Assembly (NCBI GenBank): GCA_020047915.1
Contig: JAIFND010000079.1
Location: 1 to 57,253 of the forward strand
From: a bacterium
Lineage (GTDB): Bacteria > Planctomycetota > UBA11346
Reading direction: 5' to 3'
Length of the DNA stretch: 57,253 nt
The notes beneath the pieces were generated by a model that had not been told where the DNA came from, made no database searches, and saw only the letters and a list, made by a program, of their open reading frames with translations. Below are positions 28,815-40,412 of the stretch, piece after piece. Every line of letters starts with the position of its first letter. Positions within the stretch are counted from its first letter, which is position 1. A program made the translations under genes and the position numbers.

Positions 28815-30242
28815 ATGGCTCCGTGGCTGCCCTTCCTCGCCCTTGGCCTGGTCCTCGGCTGCTGTGCGCCGCAGGCTCTTGCCGGCTGGTGGGCGTGGGC
28901 GCTAGGCACCGGGATCGTCGCGTTGGCGATGGCGCTGCGCTGGCCGTGGGCGGCGCGCTGGGCCGGCTTCGCCGCTGCCGCGGCGATCGGTACGGCCCTC
29001 GCCGCGCCCGCTCCCGAGCCGCCTGCCGGCACGACCCGGCTGCTGGAGGTGCGCGGCACGGTCTCCAGCGTGGTGTGGCAGGGCTGGAACCAGGGCTTCC
29101 GTCTGGTCGATGCCGAGGTGCTGCAGCCCGCGGGTTGGACGCCACCCGCGCGCCTGTTCGTGCGCGCGCCGGCGCTGCCCGAGGTGCGCCCCGGCGACCA
29201 GGCGACGGTGCGCGGGGTGTGGGAGCGCGAGGAGCGCGGCGAGTCCGTGCGCGCCGTCGAACTGGAGGTGGTCGCGCGCGAGGAGGGCCGCCGCGGCTTC
29301 GCCTGGCGCGCGCTCGAACGCGTCGGTCCGCATCGCGAACTGGCCGGGTCGCTGCTGCTTGGGCGCGGCGACGCGCCGGAGAAGACGGTCTTCCGCAGCG
29401 CCGGGCTGGCGCATGTCCTGGCGGTCAGTGGCATGCATCTCGCCATCGCCGCCGGTCTGGCGTGGTGGCTGCTGCGCAGTGTCGGGGTGGGCTGGACGGC
29501 CCGTCTGGTCTGCCTCGGCGTCCTGGTGGTCGGCTACACCTGGCTGACCTACGGCAGCCCGGCGACAGTGCGCGCCTGCGCCATGGCGTTGGCGGTGCTG
29601 GCCTACAGCGTGCTGGCGCGCGAGCCGCACCGTCTTGGGCCGGTCGCCCTTGCGGCTCTCGCCCTGGTGGCGTGGGATCCCGGCCTGGCGCGCGACATCG
29701 GCTTCCAGCTCTCGCTCGCCGCGGTGCTCGGCATCGTCACCCTTGGTCTCGATCTGATCCAGGTGCGCAACCGTGCGCTGCCGCTCAAGCCGTGGCCGCT
29801 CGACCGGCCGGTGTGGCGCCTGGGGTTGTGGTCGGCGCGCAGCGCGCTCGACAGCTTGGCAATCGGGCTGGCGGCGACCCTGGCTACCGCGCCGCTCATC
29901 GCCTGGCATTTCGGCCAGGTCGCGCCGTGGTCGTGGCTCACCTCGCTGGTCGCCGGCATCCCCGCCACGCTCGCGCTGTGGGCCGGCCTGCCGCTGCTGC
30001 TCGGCGCCGGGCTGTGGGAATCCGGACCGTGGGAAGGGCTCTACCGCCTGGTCGAGTGGAGCCTGCAGGTGCTGGTCGCGTGTGCCGACTGGGGCGCCGT
30101 GCATCTCCCACAGGAACCGGTCGCCGCGCCCTCGCCGTGGCTGCTGTGCGCCTGGCCGCTGCTGTTCCTGCGCCTGCGCGATGGCTGGGATGTGCTGCTG
30201 CGCGGAGCGGCGGTGGCGACTCTCCTGCTCGCCTGGGGTTGA
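28815..30242 (+). CDS. comEC: ComEC/Rec2 competence protein (no C-terminal metallo-beta-lactamase domain)
   Basis: FRSAGLAHVLAVSGMH, SPATVRA, DIGFQLS, multiple TM segments. Confidence 0.88.
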   Translation: MAPWLPFLALGLVLGCCAPQALAGWWAWALGTGIVALAMALRWPWAARWAGFAAAAAIGTALAAPAPEPPAGTTRLLEVRGTVSSVVWQGWNQGFRLVDAEVLQPAGWTPPARLFVRAPALPEVRPGDQATVRGVWEREERGESVRAVELEVVAREEGRRGFAWRALERVGPHRELAGSLLLGRGDAPEKTVFRSAGLAHVLAVSGMHLAIAAGLAWWLLRSVGVGWTARLVCLGVLVVGYTWLTYGSPATVRACAMALAVLAYSVLAREPHRLGPVALAALALVAWDPGLARDIGFQLSLAAVLGIVTLGLDLIQVRNRALPLKPWPLDRPVWRLGLWSARSALDSLAIGLAATLATAPLIAWHFGQVAPWSWLTSLVAGIPATLALWAGLPLLLGAGLWESGPWEGLYRLVEWSLQVLVACADWGAVHLPQEPVAAPSPWLLCAWPLLFLRLRDGWDVLLRGAAVATLLLAWG

Positions 30243-30410
30243 GATCCTATCCGTCTGGTTTTGCTGACGGAAGCCTCGCCGTCGAGCTTCTGGAGAGCGC
30301 ATATGGGGCGGACAACCCAGGGTCCACACCAGGCAAGAGTGGCGGTTGTCAATTGAATAATCGAAATACCACGCCGACCCCGCGTTGTGCCGCCGCCGAG
30401 GAGCAGCCGC

Positions 30411-32759
30411 GTGAGCAACCCGCCGCCAGCCACCCCCACTGAAAGTCCGGCCGGCTCCCCCCAGGATCCGCGCGAGCAGGACGCCTCGTTCAAGGAGATC
30501 CTGCTCTACGCTTTCGGCAATATCGAGGGCGCGATCGCCAATCAGTTCTTCCATGTGCTGCAGAGCATCATGGTCGTGGCGATGCTGGTGAACCCGCTGC
30601 TGATCGGTGCGGTGCTGGCGATCAAGACGCTGTGGGACAGCGTCACCGATCCGGTCATGGCCTACATCACCGACAACACCCGCAGCCGGTGGGGTCGGCG
30701 CCGGCCCTACATCCTGGTCGGCGGCTGCCTGCGCATCGCCATGCTGGTCGGCGTCGTCGCCTTCTTCCCGTGGAGCGAGAAGACGCTCAGCAACGAGCAG
30801 CTCGAGGCCAACAAGCAGGCCAGCGAGTCGCTCAAGGCGGCAGCCGAGGCCGAGAAGGCGGCGGTGGCGCTGTATCAGGATGCCACGGATGGTTCAGTGC
30901 CGGCCGATGCCGTCGAGCGGGCGCAGCGACTGGTCGCCGAGGCCGACAGCGCGCTGGCCAAGACCGACACCGTGCTGGGGCTGATGCAACGCACCTGGCA
31001 GCAGCGCCAGGAGTGGCTCGACCAGGGGGTCGCCAACCGGGCCGCCAGCGGCTTCAATCCCGAGGCGGCGGAGGAGATCCGCAAGGTCGATGCCGACCGC
31101 GCCAAGCGCGCCAAGGACGAGGTGGCGAAGGCGGAGAACGCGGTCTCGACGGCACGTCGCGCCAGACTGCTCGCAACCGCTGTCGCCCAGCCCGAGGCGG
31201 CCCCCGCCGCCAGCGCGACGGTGCTGGCGGTCCAGCAGGTGCTGACCCGCAGCGATGCGGCCAAGGGACTGCTGGCCGAGGCGGTGGCGATCCACGCCGC
31301 CACCGAGACGGGGCGTACGCGCGAGGCCGCCACCATGCAGTCGCTGGCCGACCGGCACGGCGAACTCGCTGGGGTGCTTGGCGCGGCCCAGGCTACGCTC
31401 GCGGCGGCCACCGCTGACGCCGATGCCGGGGTTCCCGAGGAGGTGCTGGCCGCGACCCGCGGCAAGCTCGAACGGGCGAGCACTCAGCTCGAGCAGGCGG
31501 AGACCATCATCGTGGCGGCGCAGGCGGTGGCGTCCGGCACCGTCCATGACCAGGCGCGAGCCCGCGCGATCATCGCCGACCTGGCTGCTGCGGCGGAGAA
31601 GGCGGCGGCAGCCAAGCAGAAGAAGGGGACCTTCGAATCGATCACCGCCGGTTTCGAGGCCTTCTTCAATCCCGGCTACGCCGACCAGCAGCGCATCATC
31701 ATCTATGTCCTGATCGTCATGCTGCTGTTCACCACCCTCACCACCGTGCAGTCGGTGCCCTACTACGCCCTGGGCATCGAGATGTGCCCCTCCTACCACG
31801 GCCGTACGCGCGTCGTCGCCTGGCGCTCGGCGGTGGACAAGCTCGGTGGCCTGGTCGCTCCGGCGGTGCCGTGGTTCTGCTTCCTGCCGCTGTTCGCGTA
31901 TGCTGTCGATGGGTTGCTGTGGGTGGCGATCCTCGCCTGCGCCATCGGCATCCCCAGCACGGTGATCATGTGCATCTGGGTCAAGGAGCGCACCCAGGTC
32001 CAGTCGCGCAAGGGCGGCGGCAACCGCATCGGCTTCGTCAAGTCGATGTGGATCACGGTCAAGAATAGGCACTTCCTGCGTATCTTCGCGCTCTACACCT
32101 TCATCGGCTTCACCAACGGGCTGTTCGCCCAGATCGGCTTCTACCTCAATGTGTACTGGGTGATGGGCAGCGCCCTCGCCGGCGCGCAGATGGGCTTCTA
32201 TATCGGCATGATCGCCTGGGGCCTCGGCTTCCTCACCCTGCCGATCATCACCTGGGCGTGCAAACGCTTCGGCAAGCACCGGACGCTGCGCTACGCCCTG
32301 GTGCTGATGTCCTTCGGCACCGCGCTCAAGTGGTGGGCGATGGATCCCGAGCACCCCTACTACCAGCTCATCCTGCCCTTCTTCTTCTCGGTCGGCATCT
32401 CCAGCGTCTATACCGTGCTGCCGACGATGATGGCCGATGTCACCGATGTCGATGAGCTGAACACCGGCTCGCGGCGCGAGGGCATGTTCGGCGCGATGAT
32501 GGCCTTCCTGATGAAGATGATCGGTACCTTCATCCCGCTGCTCGCCGGTGCGGTGCTGGTCGCCTCCGGCTTCGATCCCGTCCTCGAGCACGCCCAGGAT
32601 CCGCAGACCATCCTCAACATGCGCATCCTCTACAGCCTGGTTCCCGCCTGCCTGCTGCTCTTAGCTCTGTTCCTGCTGTGGCGCTATCCGCTGACCGAGG
32701 CCAAGATGGTGGAGATCAAGGAGGAGCTGGGCCGGAGGCGGGCAGCGGCTGCAGAGTAG
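30411..32759 (+). CDS. MFS glycoside-pentoside-hexuronide:cation symporter with a large helical insertion
   Basis: WDSVTDPVMAYITDNTRSRWGRRRPY, VPYYALGIEM, MMADVTDVDELNTGSRREG. GAGGAG RBS before GTG 30411. Confidence 0.88.
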   Translation: MSNPPPATPTESPAGSPQDPREQDASFKEILLYAFGNIEGAIANQFFHVLQSIMVVAMLVNPLLIGAVLAIKTLWDSVTDPVMAYITDNTRSRWGRRRPYILVGGCLRIAMLVGVVAFFPWSEKTLSNEQLEANKQASESLKAAAEAEKAAVALYQDATDGSVPADAVERAQRLVAEADSALAKTDTVLGLMQRTWQQRQEWLDQGVANRAASGFNPEAAEEIRKVDADRAKRAKDEVAKAENAVSTARRARLLATAVAQPEAAPAASATVLAVQQVLTRSDAAKGLLAEAVAIHAATETGRTREAATMQSLADRHGELAGVLGAAQATLAAATADADAGVPEEVLAATRGKLERASTQLEQAETIIVAAQAVASGTVHDQARARAIIADLAAAAEKAAAAKQKKGTFESITAGFEAFFNPGYADQQRIIIYVLIVMLLFTTLTTVQSVPYYALGIEMCPSYHGRTRVVAWRSAVDKLGGLVAPAVPWFCFLPLFAYAVDGLLWVAILACAIGIPSTVIMCIWVKERTQVQSRKGGGNRIGFVKSMWITVKNRHFLRIFALYTFIGFTNGLFAQIGFYLNVYWVMGSALAGAQMGFYIGMIAWGLGFLTLPIITWACKRFGKHRTLRYALVLMSFGTALKWWAMDPEHPYYQLILPFFFSVGISSVYTVLPTMMADVTDVDELNTGSRREGMFGAMMAFLMKMIGTFIPLLAGAVLVASGFDPVLEHAQDPQTILNMRILYSLVPACLLLLALFLLWRYPLTEAKMVEIKEELGRRRAAAAE

Positions 32760-32802
32760 CCTCATCCTCTGTACCGGCGGGTCCCGTCCGCATCATCCGA
32801 AC

Positions 32803-34599
<1,797 letters not shown>

Positions 34600-34656
34600 A
34601 GGTCGGCTGAGCGCGCAGTTGCAGCCCGGCCGCGCCTGCGGATTATCACTGGCGGA

Positions 34657-37600
34657 ATGCCGTCAGACCGCCCCCTCGATGTCACCCGACCTGATGCCGA
34701 ACTCGCGGCCGAGGCGGCGCGCCTCGCCGAGCGTTTCCACGGCCGGGGGGCTGGCGATCCGCTGGACAGCACCACGCCGCGCACCCAGGGCACGACTCCG
34801 CCCGATCCTGGCGACCGGGTGCCGCCGGAACTGCCGGACAATGCGCTGGCCGAGGGCGGACGCTGGTCGTTCCAACGCCTGCTCGGTGGAGGCGGGGGGG
34901 GCGAGGTCTTCGCCTTCGAGGACGGCCTGCTCGGCCGTCCGGTCGCGGTCAAGGTGCTGCCAGCCGCGGTCTCGGCCCAGCCCGAGCGCGCCCGCCACTT
35001 CATCGACGAGGCGCGTACCGCCGCCGCCCTCGAGCATCCCAGCGTGCTGCCGGTACACGATCTCGGGCGGGCCGCCGATGGCCGGCTGTGGTTTGCTATG
35101 CGGCAGGCGAGCGGCCGCTCCCTGGCCGCGATCATCAGCGATCTCGCCGCCGGCCACAGCGCCGAGCGTCTGGAGCCGCTCAACGAGCGGGTCGGTCTGA
35201 TCGTCCGGGTTTGCGACGCGATCGCCTTCGCGCATGCGCGCGGCTATCTGCACTGCGATATCAAGCCGGGCAACATCATGGTCGGCGATTACGGCGAGGT
35301 CCTGGTCGTCGACTGGGGCTCGGCCGTGCGCCTTGGCGGCGGTGGCATCGGCGGTGGCGGTGGCACCCCGCTGTATATGGCGCCCGAGCAGGCCCGACAC
35401 GGGTCGGCTGTCGCTTCATGGGACATCTACGGCCTTGGGGCGACCCTGTGGCATCTCGTGTTGCTGCGCCCGCCGCTCCACGACGTCGCTCCGGAGCGCT
35501 TCTGGGAGCGCAAACGCCAGGGCGAGTTCGATCCGCCCACCGAGGTCGAGCGTGCCGCCGTGCCGGCGAGCCTGTTGGCGGTGATGGAGCGGGCGGTGCA
35601 CGCCGATCCGGCTGCACGCCAGGCCAGCATCGAGGCGCTGCGCGACGAACTGCGTGCGTGGCTTCGGCATCGTGATGCCGAAGCGGTGGTCGCCACCGCC
35701 GAACGCCACCTCGACGAACTCAAGCGGCATGGCGACTACGAGGCCTTCCAGCGGATCGAGAACGACCTGCAGCGGGTCCTCGCGGAATCGCCGGCCCTGG
35801 TCGCGGCGCGCCAGGCCCTCGCCCGGGTGCGCGGCAGCAAGGCGCGTCTCGCCATCAGGCGCGGCGACCTGGCGCTGGCCGAGGGTCTGCTCGATGCGGC
35901 CGAGCCGCAGCATCGTTCGGTGTTGCGGGATCTGCTGGCGGCGCGGCGGACGCAGCGGGTGCAGCGCCGCCTCGGGTGGACCGCCAGCGTGCTGGCCATG
36001 CTGGCGTTCGTTGTGCTCGCGGCCTGGATCTGGCGCGAGCACCGCGCCAGCTTCGGTCTATGGCAGACGGTCTGGCAGCATGATTTCACGACCACCGAGG
36101 CAGCTCAGGGCCTCACCACCGGATCGTGGGACGCCGACCTCAACCTGTCGGCGCGGCAGCGTCTTCCGGTCGCCGCCCAGGCGGGCGGACTGATCCTCGG
36201 GGCGCAGCAACTGCTCCACCTGCCGGTCGAGGTGCCGGGCAGCGTACGCGTCACCGTCGATGCGACCTGGACCGCCGGGCTCGATGCCTGCGAAATCATC
36301 GTCAACGCCTCGCCCGAGCATCCTGATCGTTCGTTCCTGTATCCGCCGGGAATCGTCGCCCAGTTCGCCGGCTACCGCGGCCACCGCACGCTGATCGCCG
36401 TCCAGCGCCAACCCGGCATGCTGCAGTCGTCCGAGGAGACCCATGTCCCATTCGAACGCGGCCGCCGCTACCGTCTGGAGTTGGCCGTCGAGGACGGCCG
36501 CTGCATCCTGGCGGTGGATGGCCGTCAGGTGCTGGCCTACCAGGATGCCCGACGACTGGGCGACGATGCCTATCGCCATATCCATTTGCGTGCCTGGCAG
36601 CCGGGCCTGCGCCTGGAGAATCTGCGGGTCGAACGGCTGGGCGATCCGCGACGGGCGAGCCCGCTGCGCTATGCCGACGGCCTGCTCGACGCCGGTCGCA
36701 GCGAGCAGGCGGCGACCGCCTACCTGCAATTGGCAGACGACCATCCCGGCACGGCGTTGGAAGCTGATGCGCTGCTGGGGGCCTGCGTTGCGCTGCAAGG
36801 CAGCGTGCGGTTGCCGGACCTGCTGCAACGGCTCGAGCGCGGACATCCCGGCAATCCGCGGTTGGCGGCGATGTGGGAACTGGACGCCATCGCCGCCATC
36901 GACGGCGATGATCTGCCGCGCGCGTTGCAGCGTCTGACCCAGATCCACAGCTCGGATCCGGCCAGCCGCGCGCCACTGCGCCTGCTTGGCCATGCCGCCT
37001 ACCGTACAGAGCCGGAGGCCACGCGTGCCATGGTGCAGGCGGCGACGCGGATCGAGGGCCGCTTCGTCCTCGATCTGCGTGGCCACCGGCTTGGCAGCCT
37101 CGAGCCGCTGCGTGGTGCGCCACTCATCGAACTGCACGCCGAAGGCTGTGGCAGTGGCGATCTGTTGCCACTGTCCGGCATGCCGCTGCGTGAACTGTCG
37201 GTGGCCGCAACGGTGGTCCGCGATCTGTCTCCGCTGTCCGGCATGCCGCTGGAGCGGTTGCAGCTAACGGAGACTGAGGTCGCCGACCTGCGTTCCTTGG
37301 CGGGCATGACATCGTTGAGCGATCTGTCGCTCGCCCAGACCCGTGTCAGCAGCCTGTCGCCGTTGACCGGCCTGTCCTTGCAAACCATCGACATCAGCCG
37401 CACTGCCGTCGGTGATCTGCGGCCCCTCGCGGGGATGCCATTGTGGCGTCTCCAGGCCGACAACACCCCGGTTGCCGATCTCACCCCACTAGGCACCACA
37501 CACCTGCACACGCTCGAACTGGACGGCAGCGCCGTGGCCACGCTGGCCCCGCTCGCGGGCGGCAAGCTCCGCCGCCTGGTCATCAACCGCACGCGGATCA

Positions 37601-38553
37601 GCGACCTCACGCCGCTTCGCGGTCATCCGCTGGAAGAGCTGGATGCCACCGACACCCCGATCGCCGACTTGTCGCCGCTGGCTGCGAGCGTCCTGCGCGA
37701 GGTGCGCCTGGATCGCAGCCAAGTCCGCGACCTCTCGGCCCTGGCATCGGGCAGGCTCCGTAAACTGGGCATCGCCGGCACTCCGGTGACCGATCTGGCG
37801 GCGCTCGCCGGCCAACCGCTATTCGACCTCGACATCTCGGACACCGCAGGCCTGGACCTGCGGCCAGTCGTCACCAGCCTAGTGCAGTTGAGGGCCCAGG
37901 ACGCGCGGCTGGATCTCGAACCGCTGCGCGGTTCGAGGATCGTCAGGCTCGACCTGCGCGGAGCGCGCGTCTCGTCGTTTGCTCCGCTGCTGGGCATGCC
38001 GCAGCTACGGCAGGTGTTCCTCCATGGCGCGGTTGCTGTCGATGGAGGTACGCTCGAGGAACTGGCCGACGGCCTGCGGCGGCGGGGGGCGGAAGGGCCA
38101 GCCGAGGCGGCGCTAATCGCAGCGTTGGTCGGCCGCGGCGACTGGACCGGCCTGCGACGCCTTGCCACCTACGCGGATGGTCGGCTGATCCTCGACCTCC
38201 GCCATCGCATGACCTGGGATTCCGCCCGCGCCCTGGCGGCGCGGGCCGGCGGCCATCTCCCCCATGCGTCGGCCGCGTTGCGTCTGCTGATCGATCGGCC
38301 CGACAGCGACACCTTCTGGTTGGGGGCAGCCCACGACGCAGAGGTCGGCTGGCGCTGGGATGATGGCACGTCGCCGTCGAAAGCCGATGCCCGGGCCTTC
38401 GCCCTGGTCAGTCGGCGGGCGGATCGCCTGCTCGCCAATCGGGGCTTGCTTGCGGGCTTCTATGCGGGCTTTTCGTCCGCTGAACCGTACGGCGACGGCG
38501 AGTCCGGCGTCATCCTCACTTGGGCCGCGGACGGGAACCGCGAGCGTCCGTAG
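34657..38553 (+). CDS. Receptor-like Ser/Thr kinase: kinase-TM-beta-sandwich-TPR-like-LRR-C-type-lectin-like
   Basis: GGGGGGEV, VAVK, HCDIKPGN, DWG, GTPLYMAPE; TM ASVLAMLAFVVLAAWIW; ~15 LRRs; TWDSARALAARAGGHL...FWLG...WRWDDGT. Confidence 0.88.
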   Translation: MPSDRPLDVTRPDAELAAEAARLAERFHGRGAGDPLDSTTPRTQGTTPPDPGDRVPPELPDNALAEGGRWSFQRLLGGGGGGEVFAFEDGLLGRPVAVKVLPAAVSAQPERARHFIDEARTAAALEHPSVLPVHDLGRAADGRLWFAMRQASGRSLAAIISDLAAGHSAERLEPLNERVGLIVRVCDAIAFAHARGYLHCDIKPGNIMVGDYGEVLVVDWGSAVRLGGGGIGGGGGTPLYMAPEQARHGSAVASWDIYGLGATLWHLVLLRPPLHDVAPERFWERKRQGEFDPPTEVERAAVPASLLAVMERAVHADPAARQASIEALRDELRAWLRHRDAEAVVATAERHLDELKRHGDYEAFQRIENDLQRVLAESPALVAARQALARVRGSKARLAIRRGDLALAEGLLDAAEPQHRSVLRDLLAARRTQRVQRRLGWTASVLAMLAFVVLAAWIWREHRASFGLWQTVWQHDFTTTEAAQGLTTGSWDADLNLSARQRLPVAAQAGGLILGAQQLLHLPVEVPGSVRVTVDATWTAGLDACEIIVNASPEHPDRSFLYPPGIVAQFAGYRGHRTLIAVQRQPGMLQSSEETHVPFERGRRYRLELAVEDGRCILAVDGRQVLAYQDARRLGDDAYRHIHLRAWQPGLRLENLRVERLGDPRRASPLRYADGLLDAGRSEQAATAYLQLADDHPGTALEADALLGACVALQGSVRLPDLLQRLERGHPGNPRLAAMWELDAIAAIDGDDLPRALQRLTQIHSSDPASRAPLRLLGHAAYRTEPEATRAMVQAATRIEGRFVLDLRGHRLGSLEPLRGAPLIELHAEGCGSGDLLPLSGMPLRELSVAATVVRDLSPLSGMPLERLQLTETEVADLRSLAGMTSLSDLSLAQTRVSSLSPLTGLSLQTIDISRTAVGDLRPLAGMPLWRLQADNTPVADLTPLGTTHLHTLELDGSAVATLAPLAGGKLRRLVINRTRISDLTPLRGHPLEELDATDTPIADLSPLAASVLREVRLDRSQVRDLSALASGRLRKLGIAGTPVTDLAALAGQPLFDLDISDTAGLDLRPVVTSLVQLRAQDARLDLEPLRGSRIVRLDLRGARVSSFAPLLGMPQLRQVFLHGAVAVDGGTLEELADGLRRRGAEGPAEAALIAALVGRGDWTGLRRLATYADGRLILDLRHRMTWDSARALAARAGGHLPHASAALRLLIDRPDSDTFWLGAAHDAEVGWRWDDGTSPSKADARAFALVSRRADRLLANRGLLAGFYAGFSSAEPYGDGESGVILTWAADGNRERP
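37069..38028 (+). repeat. Leucine-rich repeat region, ~15 x 21 aa
   Basis: Consensus LxxLxLxxTxVxDLxPLxGxP. Confidence 0.9.
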
Positions 38554-38593
38554 CGTCTGCGGCTCTCAGGTGATCTGCATGCAGGAGGCCGGT

Positions 38594-39619
38594 TCACCCG
38601 CGCAATGCCGGCTCCAGGCGCTCGGCGATGATCGCAGAACCGTGCGCGACCGGGTGCAGGCCGTCGGGCAGCAGGCGGACGTCCTCTGGCACATGGCCTT
38701 CGGCCAGGACCAGGCGCGGGGCGAATGGTGTAAGCGCCGTGCGCAGGCTCTCGCGTACCTGACGCACGCGCTCGCCGGTGTCGGGGCCGAGCGGCACGCC
38801 CTGGAAGTCACTCGGCCCCTTGCCCGCTTCGCACGGCTTCCACGGCGGCAGGATCCATACCACGCGGCGGTGTGGGCCGGCCAGCACGAGTCGCGCGAGA
38901 TGCGCGGCGCGCTCGGCCGCGGTGTCGGCATCCGATTGGCGCCAGGCGTGGTTGCTGCCCAGACCGATGGTGACCACATCCCAGACCCGCGCTTCCAGCG
39001 CCCAGCGGAAGGCCTCGGGTTCGATCTTCAGCCCGCCGACGCCGAGATTCCAGCCCGGCAGGGCGAGGCGGCGCGACAGGCGATGCACCCAGCAGTCGGT
39101 CGGGCTTTGCACGCTGAATCCCTGGGTCAGCGAGTCGCCGATCGCCAGCCAGCGTGGGACCGGGGCAGGTGTGGCTGCGAGCTGGGCGCCGTCCGCGACC
39201 GCCACGCCGGCCACGACGCAGGTCGAGATCAGCGGCAGCCACAGTGCGCATGGCGTCAGCGGCCCGCCGCGTTCCAGGCCGGTGGGCAGGCGCACGCGCA
39301 CCTCGCCCTGCTGTTCGCGTAGATCGGCGCCCGGCACGATGGCCACGCCATCAGCGTGTTCGACCTCCAGGGCGCAGGCGGCGGGGAAAGGCTGGTGATG
39401 GCGCAGCCGGGCGAGCTGCAGTTCGATCCACGGGCTGTCGGTCGCCAGGCGCAGGCCGCAGCCGCTGGACGAGCGCACATTGGCGAGCGGCCCGATCTGG
39501 CCGGCGAGCAGAGCCGCCGTCGCGGCGGGGAAGCGGGCCAGGCGCAGGCCATCCGCCTCGCGCATCGGCGCCTGCGGCGCCACCCAGGTCAGACGCGGAT
39601 CATCGACCGTCAGTTGCAA
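38594..39619 (-). CDS. SGNH/GDSL hydrolase with N-terminal beta domain
   Basis: GDSLTQG, NLGVGG, LGSNH, DGLHP. Confidence 0.88.
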   Translation of the reverse strand: MQLTVDDPRLTWVAPQAPMREADGLRLARFPAATAALLAGQIGPLANVRSSSGCGLRLATDSPWIELQLARLRHHQPFPAACALEVEHADGVAIVPGADLREQQGEVRVRLPTGLERGGPLTPCALWLPLISTCVVAGVAVADGAQLAATPAPVPRWLAIGDSLTQGFSVQSPTDCWVHRLSRRLALPGWNLGVGGLKIEPEAFRWALEARVWDVVTIGLGSNHAWRQSDADTAAERAAHLARLVLAGPHRRVVWILPPWKPCEAGKGPSDFQGVPLGPDTGERVRQVRESLRTALTPFAPRLVLAEGHVPEDVRLLPDGLHPVAHGSAIIAERLEPALRG

Positions 39620-40239
39620 CCGCAGCCGCCCGAACCGCAGCCGCCGCCCTTGGCTTCGGCGTGCTCGTGGCCGTGCTCATGGTCGTGGCCTTCGTGCGAG
39701 CCGCAGGCACCGCTGCCGCACGAGCCTTCTCCGCAGGAACCGGAACCGCAGCCGCCGCTACCGCAGCAGCCACCGCCGCCGGACAGTTCCTCTTCGGTCG
39801 CTTCGCGCACCGCCAGCACTTCGCAGGCGACGCGCAGGGTCTTGCCGGCCAGGGGGTGGTTGCCGTTCGCCACCACCTCGTCGCCGTTGATCGCGGTGAC
39901 GGTGAAGGCGACGACCTTGGCCGCGTCGGCCGGGTGCGGGCCGCGGAAGCGCATGCCGGGCTTCAGCACCTCGCGCGCGTTCTCGGGGAAGTCGCTGAAC
40001 GGCACGCGCAGCTCCAGGGCCGGGTCGTGCTCGCCGAAGGCTTCGGCGGGAGTCAGGGTCAGATCGACCCGCTCGCCCTCATTGTGGCCGGCGAGCTTGG
40101 TTTCCAGGCCGGGCAGGATCTGGCCGCGGCCGCAGATGAACTCGGTCACCTGGCCGTCGGCATCGCTGTCCGGGGCGACGTCGCTGTCAAGGGCGACGGC
40201 ATAGCGGAGGGTCACGTGGGCGTCGGCGGTGATCTGCAT
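39610..40239 (-). CDS. slyD: FKBP-type peptidyl-prolyl isomerase SlyD
   Basis: GQILPGLE, PAEAFGE, NHPLAGKTL, VREATEEEL, Cys/His/Gly-rich metal-binding tail. Confidence 0.93.
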   Translation of the reverse strand: MQITADAHVTLRYAVALDSDVAPDSDADGQVTEFICGRGQILPGLETKLAGHNEGERVDLTLTPAEAFGEHDPALELRVPFSDFPENAREVLKPGMRFRGPHPADAAKVVAFTVTAINGDEVVANGNHPLAGKTLRVACEVLAVREATEEELSGGGGCCGSGGCGSGSCGEGSCGSGACGSHEGHDHEHGHEHAEAKGGGCGSGGCGCN

Positions 40240-40303
40240 GGCGGGGGATTATGGGCCTGGTACCCCGCTGGGAAGCGGTCGCTGACGCTGCAGTCTTGTG
40301 CTG

Positions 40304-40391
40304 TTCACAGGGAGGAACGGAGTGAACAGAGTTCGCACAAGGAGTAGACAAAGACCACCTCGCCTCCGTTCCCTCCGTTCCTCCCTGTGAA
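40304..40391. repeat. Perfect 19-bp inverted repeat with 9-bp-period arms
   Basis: TTCACAGGGAGGAACGGAG (40304-40322) / CTCCGTTCCTCCCTGTGAA (40373-40391). Confidence 0.85.
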
Positions 40392-40412
40392 TCCAAGAAG
40401 GCGATCAGGGCG

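Noticed and set aside
28815-30242. ComEC lacking the beta-lactamase-like domain as a pseudogene
   Set aside because: The reading frame is intact, and ComEC proteins without this domain are common.
30340-30370. AT-rich TTGTCAATTGAATAATCGAA upstream of the MFS gene as an operator/promoter
   Set aside because: Plausible, but only an 8-bp palindrome with no second copy or cognate regulator to support it.
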